Under the pieces are notes generated by a model. It did no database searches. It was not told the origin of the DNA and worked only from the letters and a program-made list of their open reading frames with translations. A stretch of 64,000 bases of DNA, taken from positions 46,781,553 through 46,845,552 of the forward strand of contig NC_068988.1 of NCBI RefSeq assembly GCF_001194135.2, written 5' to 3'. The position numbers were made by a program, and so were the translations under genes. The DNA is from Octopus bimaculoides. Its lineage: Eukaryota. Shown piece by piece: positions 52,671 to 64,000 of this stretch (positions within the stretch are counted from its first letter, which is position 1; the number at the start of each line of letters is the position of its first letter).

Positions 52671-53894
52671 TGTTGGCAAGTTTGCAAGGCGAAAAATCCC
52701 AGTTTCACAAGCAAAAACAGCTCCAACATGTTTTCATGGTGGATTGCAAGCAAAGGATACTGTCAAGAAGTCATTGCTGATAAACTGAAGAATGTGAAGG
52801 AAATCGACCAAATTCATTCACAAGGCTTTGGTTGACCATGTTGGCTATATATACTAAAAGACACTTACTTATCCATGATGCCACACAATGGTACAGAGCC
52901 TGAAAACAATGTTGTTTTTAGAAAAGTGAACACCTTAAATAGGGCATCCAGGCCATAGGAACCACTCCAAAACTGACACTTCTGCTCAGCGCAGCCTTGC
53001 AATTTTCAGTATCCTGTCAAACCATCGTGCCATGCTAGCATGGAAAACTGACATTCAATGATGGTGATGACGAAAACAATGACGACGACAATGATGACAA
53101 CAGTGACAGCGACGATGATGACAATGATGAAATACTACAATACTACTGTGATTAATAGCTGAAACTTCTTCATGCCTTAAAATCAGTTTAGGTGCCTGTT
53201 GTATATTATGAATCCTTAATTATGTTTATAATATATAATTAGTGATAATTTATCACTCCCTTCCTCCTTACCTCCCCTCTCTCTTTCTCTTATGCATCAT
53301 TATGTTTAATTTCATTTTGAAATATTACTGGCAATGTCTTTATAACAATGAATCTTAATCTGCAGCTGACAAGTGTCAGGAGTAAACTGTAGAAATGTTT
53401 TTTGTTTAAAGGGATTGAGACTTTTCTTACAAATAATATCTAAACTAGTTACAGTACTTAGATTTTAAATAAATGTTCCATAGTATTTGATGTGATTAAA
53501 ATATAAGTCGGATATAACATTATCAATGAGGAGAAACATGACTGATGACACTCCAAGGTGCAATATAATCTTTTATATAGGTTTTTTACATTCTATAGTA
53601 ACTTTTATTAAAAAAATGTAACGTATGTATCACAATTATTTAATAGTTATTCTATGAAATTAAACAGTGTTGCTGTGTTTCATTTTATTGCTGTTATGTT
53701 CTATAGAACATATCTATAGATTCATTAGCCAACATTGCATGTATTTATACACAATATGTCTATGGATACAGATAAAGTAAACAGCTGTGCTTACCCCTTT
53801 AAATCTTGCTTGAGATTTTGTTCAGTTACTGTACAGCCTCTCCAAGTATCCACAAACAAACTGTTTATAAATCCTTTAATATTATTAATTAAAG

Positions 53895-54562
53895 AAAGGC
53901 GGTGAGCTGGCAGAAACATTAACGTGCCGGGTAAAATGCTTAGCAGTATTTCGTCTGCCGTTACGTTCTGAGTCCAAATTCCGCTGAGGTCGCCTTTGCC
54001 TTTCATCCTATTGGGGTCGATAAAATAAATACCAGTTACACACTGGGGTAGATGTAATCGACTTAATCCGTTTGTCTGTCCTTGTTTGTCCCCTCTATGT
54101 TTAGCCCCTTGTGGACAATAAAAAAATAAGAAACGTTAGCACACTGGGAAAAATCCTTAGTGGTATTTCATCTGTTTCTATATTCTGAGTTCAAATTCTG
54201 CCAAGGTTGACTTTGCCTTTCATCCTTACAGGGTTGATGAATTAAGTATCAGTTGCATAGTGGGGTCGATCGAATCGACTGGCCCCCTCTCCAAAATTTC
54301 AGGCCTTCTGCCAAGAGTAGAAAAGAATATCTAAAAGAAAATGAAGTTGGTGAGCTGGCAGAAACGTTAGCACACCGGGCAAAATGCTTAATGGTATTTT
54401 GTCTGTCTTTACATTCTGAGTTCAAATTCAGCCAAGGTCGACTTTGCCTTTCATCCTTACATTGTTGTTAAATTAAGTACCAGTTGTGTACTGGAGTCTA
54501 TCTAATCAACTGCCCCCCCCCTCCCTAAAAAATTCGAGCCTTCTGCCTAGAGTAGAAAAGAT
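53895..54562 (+). mobile_element. Three head-to-tail family A SINE copies
   Basis: Units at about 53895-54120, 54128-54330 and 54345-54562, each with TTAGCA..GAGT(T/C)CAAATT..GCCTTTCATCC..TA(C/T)CAGTT. Confidence 0.9.
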
Positions 54563-54662
54563 TCTATAGTAACGTTTATATAAAATGTAATATATATATA
54601 TCATTATTCCATGCAAATAGTTGAAATAAGGCACATAAATGAAGGAGATAATGCAAGAAAAT

Positions 54663-54702
54663 ATGGAAACTAAAATCCATACTGATGGATTTTAGTTTCC
54701 AT
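54663..54702. repeat. Perfect 18-bp inverted repeat, 4-nt loop
   Basis: ATGGAAACTAAAATCCAT-ACTG-ATGGATTTTAGTTTCCAT. Confidence 0.95.
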
Positions 54703-57299
54703 CTACAAACCATTTTTATCTGTGAGTCCACAGAAAAATGGAAGGAATTGATGGCCTGTGATGTGAATACTTCCTTTCTTGACATCTTTAGCGTATCTGA
54801 TTTTAAGGGTGTAAAGAAATGGCTGAAGTACTTGACTAGTAATTTCTTTACTTCATTAATTAACATCAAAGGATCGACAGATAAGATCAACCTCCAAGCT
54901 CTTTATGTTTCAATTGCATATTTTGTGGTGGCAGATATCTAATTCATAGAGTTGACTTAATTGCTGGGATCATTTGTTATGAGCTAAACACTTGTATTTA
55001 TCATTTATCTTTTACTCATTTCAGTAATCAGACTGTGACCATGCTGGGGCATTGCCTTGAAGAATTTTTAGTTGAATGTATCAACCCCAGTGCTTATTTT
55101 TTAAAAGCCTTGTACTTATTCTATAGTTATCTTTTGAGAAACTGCTTAGTTATAGGGACGTAAACACACCAGTAGCAGTTGTCATGTGATAGTGAGGGGA
55201 CAGAGACAGACACATATATAGATATATATATAAGCATATATATAGCAGGCTTCTTTCAGTTTCCCTCTACCAAATCCTCTCACAAGGCTTTGGCTGGTCC
55301 GAAACTATAGTAGAAGACACTTACCCAAGGTGCAATGCAGTGGGACTGAACCCTGGACCATGTGGTTAAGATGAAAACTTCTTACCACACAGACACACCT
55401 GCACCTATCCTTCAGAATACCTATGTGACAGTCTGGAAATTTCTGATAGCCTTGAGGTGATTTTTTGTTTTTTTAAATTTTTATTAAAGGCTTTGTCTGG
55501 AGAGGTTAGTGCTGGTACAAATTGCCTGCAAAGTATTTCTGAGATCAATGAGATAGATATGGTTTATTTTCCCTTTTAAAAAACTGCAAGTTGAGACCTG
55601 CTGGGAAAACATCAGGAGGAATTGAATTTCCAGTGTGATTACGTTATGGTGAGGAATGACTATGTAAAATGGAGTGAATGGATGTATTATGAAAAATGCA
55701 AGGAGGGAAGATGAGAAAAGGAAGGAGTGCCTAATGGCATGATCTTCACCAGTGCCGAAGAGCAAAGGTAATTTTTTAATAGTTCTAGAAAAGACTACAG
55801 AGAGGTGTCAGGAGATCTATGAAACAGAATTTCAAGTAAAATAGTGAGCAAGTCCAGGTCAATGGCTTTTAGTTTAACAAGGTCCAGGCATCTCTATATA
55901 TGGTAGAAACACTTTCACAAATTTAGGAGAATACCCTAGTGTATATCTCACTTGAACAAATAAATGTTGACCTGAATGGAACTTTTCTAAAGCAGTAGAT
56001 AAGTATTTAAAAAAATTTTAATTGCTTAAAATGGAGTTGAGGGAAGTATGTGATCTAGTGTTAAGGGCATTGAACACACAACAATTGTATTTTGTTTGAT
56101 TCTCAAACATGACACATTGTGTTCTAGATTAAGTCACTCCATTTCATATTTACTCTAGAATACTCTGCTGAAAATGATTACCAGTGGTACCTGAGGGTTA
56201 ACAATGAAATAAACAGACATTCTGTTCATTAAGGAGTCTTGTACTCTAAGCCTTGAAAATCAAGATAAGCTGCTCCAGTCTCAGTATTTGTAGGCTAATA
56301 AAAAATTAATTAATTAAAAAGAAGGAGAGAGAGAGAGAGAGAGAGAAGAAAAAGAGAAAGGGAGAGAAAGAGGGAGGGAGAGATAGAGAGAAGGCTAATG
56401 TAGTTAGTAGAGCAACAGTATTCATTATTTAAAATTATATCTACTGTAGTTTACCTTCAGATGCTGGCAAATAAACTTTCTACATCCAATGAACTTTGAA
56501 ATTCATTAGGTGAGATGTTAATAAAATTTTCTAAACTTAGTAATTAAATGAAGATCTATGACTTGATTAATCTACCTAATTATTCAGCTCTATAATATGT
56601 CATTATGTTCATTTGGGTATTGATAAGTCTTGAGGGAGTTCCTGGCTTGTGTATTTTGCCACGGCCTGGTCATAAATATAAAATTGGCATAAGTTTGCTG
56701 ACCGCATTAACAAGTTCATTTAGTGGTATGTAAAAGACAGTATTGTTGGAAGGAATAATTTTACTTAATTAAAATTACCAGAGACTGTATGGCGGAGGTA
56801 CCATGATGAATGCTTTTCAATTTTATAGGATATAGGACATAACATGAATCTACCGTATCCGATTTTAAGATGAAAGCCAAATGCATGGCCAAAGTACTGC
56901 TGATCTTTTTATCTTTCTACTTCCGTTTTTTCTTTGAGACAAACAGAGAGAAGTGTCCAACTTCTTTGACTTGCAGAAGGATCATATCTTAGCAGAACTC
57001 TATCTTATCTAAAAGTCAATTTTTGTAAGGATCTCTGTGGTTAACTGTGTATTAAATGTATGTATAAATAAATTAATACATAAATAATAATACACAGGGT
57101 GGGTCAATAGTTATGCACAAGATAAGTTCAATGTGCTTTGGAATTATAAAAGACATGCTTCAATTTTACTAAAATGAAATGAAATAAAATAAACAAAATA
57201 ATGAAGAATAGATATATACCTGTATTTGAACAAAATGAGTAATAATAGCCAAAATGTCGTCGTCGTCGTCATCATCATCATCATCATCAATATAAATAG

Positions 57300-57535
57300 T
57301 CGGCCGTTGCCAGTACCGCCTGACTGGCCTTCGTGTGGGTGACACGTAAAAGCAGCCACTACACTCTCGGAGTGGTTGACGTTAGGAAGGGCATCCAGCT
57401 GTAGAAACTCTGCCAAATCAGATTGGAGCCTGGTGTAGCCATCCGATTTCACCAGTCCTCAGTCAAATCGTCCAACCCAAGCTAGCATGGAAAGCGGACA
57501 TTAAACGATGATGATGATGATGATGATGATGATGA
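57300..57535 (+). mobile_element. (GAT)n-tailed short repeat (same family as 5178-5360)
   Basis: CGGCCGTTGCCAGTACCGCC..GTTAGGAAGGGCATCCAGCTG..GCTAGCATGGAAAGCGGACATTAAAC(GAT)n. Confidence 0.85.
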
Positions 57536-57558
57536 AATGTTTTGCTTTTAAGCCCACC

Positions 57559-57598
<40 letters not shown>

Positions 57599-59485
57599 AT
57601 GTGTGTATGCAGATGTGCGTATATGTGTGTTTATATGTGTATGTGTGCATGTGTGTGTGTGTGTGTGTTTGTGTGCATAGATGTGTACAGAATTATTTGT
57701 GTGGCAAGTTTTCTACAGTTAGGTGCTCTTCCTGCCGCTGTATATATATATATATATATATATATATTTCTTTTTTTTCTTTTATACACACGCATACATG
57801 TATCATCATCAGCAGCAGCATCAGTATCACTTCATGTTAACTTTTCCATGCTAGCCTACACTGGATACACTATCAAAGAACTAGTCAGTTTGTGTTCTGC
57901 TTCATAAGTTCTATTTTTGGCATCATTTCTCTGACTGGAAGCTCTTCCTATTGTCAACCACTTTATAGAGTATTCTCAGCATTTTATCATGGCACCATCA
58001 CTGGAGAGGTTGCTGTGTCCTCTCAAATAGTAAAGTATCCTTGCAAATCTGCATCAGCTTTATTTGTACAAAGCCGATGTGATCAAGAGTGTGAACAGAT
58101 GAGAGTTACAGAGTAAATGAAAGATTGGGGCAATGATTATAACACACGCATATATACAAATATACAGTAGTACCTCAGTTTACAAGCGCCTCTGATCAAG
58201 CCACTTGTGAAGTAGATGTTGCTTCTATTGTAACTGAGGCCTACTAACAAAATTTGTTTTTCATCATTTAGCCCCAAGTCCATTCTTAACTAGTAGACTT
58301 ATGATCAACAGTAATTCAGTTATGACTATCCTATTTCTATGTTTTTGTAGCATAGTATATCATCCATTCTTTTTTTAAGATGATAGAGAGTGATATAAGG
58401 AAGTTATGGTTGCAGTTCCTAACAGTTTATAGTAACTGTACAGGAGGCTTGTAATAAGCTGGGCAATGAATTATGCTAAGGGTACAATGCAATAACCATT
58501 AATGTTCTGATATAGCCCAGCAGAAGTGTTATTCTGAGATAGAATACATAACATTTTCCAGGCTGAAATTAATTTTGTAAGTCTGTTTTTCATTCTTAGG
58601 TGCTGTATATTGGTCCCAAGAGGATGGTCATGTAAATTAGTAGGATTTGAACTAGTTAACTGTAAGAAGCAACATTGCTTATACGACACGTATTCTCTGT
58701 TGCCTTTATAACTGGTCAAAGGAAGACAGAAATATATATTTGAATGTTCACATATGTACGCTCATACACAATCATGAACATTGCCAGAAGATGTATATAC
58801 ATGCACAGATGTGTATATGTTTGTCAGTATTTTCTTGTTGTATTTTTCTGTCAAAGATATAGGTATGCACACTATTTTATCAAAATGGTGTGTGTATATA
58901 CGTAGAATTATATGTACATGTATATATGCATTGTATACATGCATGTATGTATGTATGAATGTATGCATGTTTGTATAGATGTACATATGTATGTTCCTCT
59001 CTGTGCCTATGCACACACACACACACACACACAAGCACACATTTATACTTATATATAAATATATATATTATTTATTCCATTTTTCTCGAGTGGTTCTTTA
59101 ATGTAACGTTACCTAAGCAATGCAGTATGATATGGAAATATGTTAAAAACAAGAATGACAACATTGGCTTTTGTCATCTCCATTAAAACGATTTTTAGCC
59201 GGTTCCAAGTAGGTAGAGATATGGTCAGCAAAAGTGATGCTCATGATATGACATGTCTGGAACAGGCCTAAATGGAAACAAATGGGGAACTGTCAAATAT
59301 ACTTTCATAGAATATGTTCCTGCATTTTATGGACCTGTTGTTGCTTATGCCAGTGCAAATGCATCCCTGTGATATATGTATATATAGATTTATACATGTG
59401 TGTGTGTGTGTTTGTATGTATGCATATGTATGTATATAGCTATTGATATAGATAGATGCAGGCATACAATACGTACATGAACATA

Positions 59486-59583
<98 letters not shown>

Positions 59584-61494
59584 NNNNNNNNNNNNNNNNN
59601 NNNNNNNNNNNNNNNNNNATATATATACAAAGAGAGAGAGAGAGGATAGGTTGGTAGGTAGATAGATAGATATATGCAAACTTTCATATATAGATGTATA
59701 TATGTGTGTGTATGTATGCATATATGTGTGTCTGTGCTTGTGTGTGTATGTATGAGTTCATGCATGTGCGTGCATGTGCGTGTGTCCATGCTTGTGTGTG
59801 TGCATGTATGTGTGTGCATGTGTGTGTGTGCAAATACGTATATAAATAGATACATGCACATTTACACACACACGTGTGCATTGCCAGTGTGCTTCAATGT
59901 TCATTCTTTTTATAGATATGTTTGTGATACTCAGACAAACACACATACATATATATTTTGAGCAAATCTCATATGTCAAGTTAACTCTGACCTTGAGGCA
60001 TAAATTACCATATATATTCACTCAGTTATATGCCCATGTTTCCGTTCTATCAAAGGTCAGGTAAAACATGTTGGGATAACTTTTCCTTGCTGCATAATTA
60101 TTATAATAATAATTTTACTGCATTCAAATTTCATGCAGTTTATACAAAACAATGCAATTAGAATAAATTTTTAAAATATTCAAATTACTAAACTAAATTA
60201 AAATGAAATAACAATATAAATTCATTTGTATGTTCTTTTGCATGTGGCCTGATGAATACATGTTATCATTAACAATAAAGTTGTTTAGCTAATAATAGTT
60301 AATGAGATAACTTTACCTGATATTACTGGCAGTCGTAAAAGCATATTCCTAATATTACACATCATATGACAAGTAACACTGAAATAGTGTATAATAATCA
60401 AGGGTGATAAATCCAATAAGGTAAGAGTTATGTCCCTTTGGGAGAGGACAAACAGAGATAGTAGCATGGGAGATAGTGAGAAACTGCCAATTATATTACT
60501 AGCTATATGTATTAATGAAAGCTGTCTTTATGAGTTGTACACCATATGGAGATGTAAACTCTACATGGCAAGTTAACAAAACATGTGGCAGTTGTACTGT
60601 GCTCTGTTGCTTATAGAAATTGACTTCACCATTATGTTGTACCTTTTCACTACTTGGTGTGCTTGAACCATTTTAGAAGTCAATGTTTTGTTGATGCACA
60701 CAGTACATGCTATTGATTTGATCCTCTGCAATTGCTGCAATTTACACAATACATCAAGTATAGTCACTCGTTGGATACAAAAGCTGAATAATGTTAAGTA
60801 ATAATCCATAATCCATAATCCTATACTCAGAAACTGAGATTGCATCCTGTTTCTTGTCTGTTTTGGAAGTGTCAGATCAGACTGTTTGGCCATGTTGCTC
60901 AGTTCTCTGAGTTGGGTTCTGCAACTTGTGTTCTCATCTTTGAGGATCCAGTGAGGGTGATGGTTGGTGTTGGTTGTTGATATGCCATATGGTCATAGTG
61001 GATGAAGAAGTATGTTGCAGAAATGGAGACTAACTAGAAAGCTGCTGAAAAGCTGCAGGGAATGACCCTAGTAAATATCAACAAATGGTTGATGCAGCAA
61101 CGTGCTGCAATGATACATGACCCCTTATTTGACCTGACCTGACCTGACGATATATCTACACTACTGCACTACGAAACCAATAAAGGAGCTTGAATATGCT
61201 AGAAATAGCAACTAAAAGCATATTCTGCTATCTTCAGAATAAAGACACAGGGATAATGTGACCAGCTTTCTTATATATAGAGAATACTATGATGGTTATG
61301 GCAGGAATAACCTACCATTGATGATAGGTCTGCTTCATGGTAGATGACCTATGGCTATAAAGCAACAACACTTTTCTACACAAACTGACAAAGCAGTTGC
61401 TATGCGTTTACTAAATTGCTAGAAATAACAGTCATTGCTTCCTGAAACTGCATGCAGCCACCTTAAATATGAAAGATATACTCTTTACTCTCAT

Positions 61495-61695
61495 TTACTC
61501 TTTTACTTGTTTCAGTCATTTGACTATGGCCATGCTGGAGTACCGCCTTTAGTCGAGCAAATCGACCCCAGGACTTATTCTTTGTAAGACTAGTACTTAT
61601 TCTATCGGTCTCTTTTGCTGAACCGCTAAGTTACGGGGACGTAAACACACCACCATCGGATGTCAAGCGATGTTGGAGGGACAAACATAGACACA

Positions 61696-61775
<80 letters not shown>

Positions 61776-61936
61776 TATATACGATAGGCTTCTTTCAGTT
61801 TCCATCTACCAAATCCACTCACAAGGCTTTGGTCGGCCCAAGGCTATAGTAGAAGACACTTGCCCAAGGTGCCACGCAGTGGGACTGAACCCGGAACCAT
61901 GTGGTTGTTAAGCAAACTACTTACCACACAGCCACT
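61495..61936 (-). mobile_element. tRNA-derived SINE, family E, with expanded internal (CA)n(TA)n
   Basis: Highly similar to 45619-46020. Confidence 0.9.
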
Positions 61937-62097
61937 AGTCCCAGATATGCACAGATTGAGTAAAGAGCTCAGTGGTCATGAATGGAGCCCTTGTAATCAG
62001 TACCTGTCTATACTGGTATAGAACACAACAATACTGTTAACTCAACTGCTGCTTTGTCATACTCCTCAATATTCCCTCACTTTATCCTATAGCATTG

Positions 62098-62327
62098 TTT
62101 ACTACTACTACTACTACTACTACTACAACTACTTCTGCTACTTCTACTACTACTGCTACTACTACTACTACTACTACTACTTCTGCTACTTCTGCTACTG
62201 CTGCTACCACTTCTGCTACTGCTGCTACCACTGCTGCTGCTGCCATTGCCGCTGCCACCGCTGCCACCGCTGCCACCGCTGCCACCACTGCCACTGCTGC
62301 TGCTGCTGCTGCTGCTGATACTACTAT

Positions 62328-62360
<33 letters not shown>

Positions 62361-62608
62361 AACTACTACTACTACTACTACTGCTGCTGCTGAGACTACT
62401 ACTACTACTACTACTACTGATGCTGCTGCTACTGCTACTACTACTACTACTACTACTACTACGACTACTACTACTACTACCACCACCTCCACAACTACCA
62501 CCAATTCCTCTATGATGGCAATGACAACAGTGGCAATGACCAACATAGCGCCGCCACCTCCAACATCGCTGTTGTTGCTGCCACTGCTGCTGCTGCCATT
62601 GCTGCCAT

Positions 62609-62652
<44 letters not shown>

Positions 62653-62653
62653 T

Positions 62654-62686
<33 letters not shown>

Positions 62687-62695
62687 CACCACCTT
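62098..62695. repeat. Long compound (ACT/GCT/GCC/CCA)n tract
   Basis: Read directly; explains the Thr/Ala/Val/Leu homopolymer ORFs. Confidence 0.95.
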
Positions 62696-63279
62696 TCAGA
62701 TTATCTCACTCCCTTCTCATCAATATCTGCCTCTGATTGAGCATTTTCCTGCATTGATTTATTAGCGTTTCCACCATATGTCATGTTTGTACCCTTATAA
62801 TTAGGGTTCTTGAATGTCCCTTAATTCATCACTGTCTTTTCTTCCATTATCTTACTCTCTCTTTAACTCTTTCACTCCCTCTCACTCTCACCCAACCCAT
62901 CTTCTTTCTTATATCTCTCTTCCTCCTTCTTGCTTCCTTTTCTCTGCAACATTCTCTCTCTCTCTCTCTCTCTCTTTTTACCGTTTATCACTGTTGTACT
63001 TACTTTTTCTTGGTCTTTCTCTATTTATTTATCCATCCATCATCTATTTCACTGCCTGTCTGCCTGCTTGCATCTTTATCCATCCACTGATGCATCCATC
63101 TGTCTGTCTATGTATCTATCTATCGATTGATCAGAATGTCCATTTATCTAAGTATCTCCCTAGCTATCTATCTAACCTACCATTGATCCATCCATCCATC
63201 TATCCATCCATCCAAGTATCTCTCTACCAATTTATTTACCTAACTAATCTGTCAACCTGTCTGTCTGTCTTTCGCTTCC

Positions 63280-63330
<51 letters not shown>

Positions 63331-63542
63331 AGAGATAGATAGGTAGATAGATAGAGGGAGAGAGAAAGAGAGACAGAAAGAGAGAGAGAAAGAGGGCGAT
63401 AGAGAAAGAGAGACAGAGAAAAAGAGGGAGAGAGAGAAAGAGAGAGAGAGAGAAAGAGAGAGAGAGATAAGCACACACATATATGTCTATCAATTTGTCT
63501 ATTTGTCTATCGATCTACCTGTCTTCCATTCTTTCTCTCTCC

Positions 63543-63586
<44 letters not shown>

Positions 63587-63608
63587 NNNNNNNNNNTCTG
63601 CCTATCAA

Positions 63609-63645
<37 letters not shown>

Positions 63646-63666
63646 CTATCTATCCATCTTTCTCTT

Positions 63667-63698
<32 letters not shown>

Positions 63699-63839
63699 GC
63701 TAGCTAGCTAGCTATCTCTCTGGGGGGGATGATAGCTGAGAGCTTGAAACTCTTCAGCATTGCACTGCATGAGCACATTTGTATATTGCATGCATACATA
63801 TACAGATAACATATATATATACATACATACACACACACA

Positions 63840-63890
<51 letters not shown>

Positions 63891-64000
63891 TTGAAATTTA
63901 CAGAAAAACAAAAGATGAAGACAGGTGTATTAGTTTAACTCAGAAAGTTTAGAAAGTCTTTTATATTTTGAGCTTACAACTATTTGTTGTCTATACACTT

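Noticed and set aside
55490-55767. Segment bounded by a strong acceptor and donor
   Set aside because: Stops in all frames and no recognisable homology.
57850-61000. Faint LINE-like translations at about 57850-58100 and 60580-61000 (also 22430-22560 and 23900-24060)
   Set aside because: Too degraded to assign to a clade by eye.

Overview
AT-rich eukaryotic genomic scaffold with about 12 N-gaps, very dense microsatellites and abundant interspersed repeats. The (TA)n/(CA)n/(AAT)n/(CAT)n load and the tRNA-derived SINE types look like a cephalopod (Octopus-type) assembly; that is an inference, not a database result. I could not support any host protein-coding gene, so the window is probably intronic or intergenic. 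Every ORF I could recognise belongs to a transposable element: three decayed Penelope-like retroelements (RT + GIY-YIG), two RTE LINE pieces (one with a stop-free frame running into a gap), two R4/Dong-like restriction-endonuclease LINE 3' ends sitting in (TAA)n, a CR1-like 3' end and a decayed hAT transposase. Non-coding elements include several SINE families, a Helentron-type (DINE-1/HINE-like) element, a TTAA-ended MITE and a 165-bp palindrome. The most interesting signal is a set of hammerhead-ribozyme-like motifs: one inside a short repeat that joins a Pol III tRNA-like head to a minimal hammerhead (two copies), and others next to the Penelope elements. All copies here carry mutations, so ribozyme activity is untested. 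Repeat boundaries were read by eye and are approximate to a few or tens of bp unless an exact motif is quoted.
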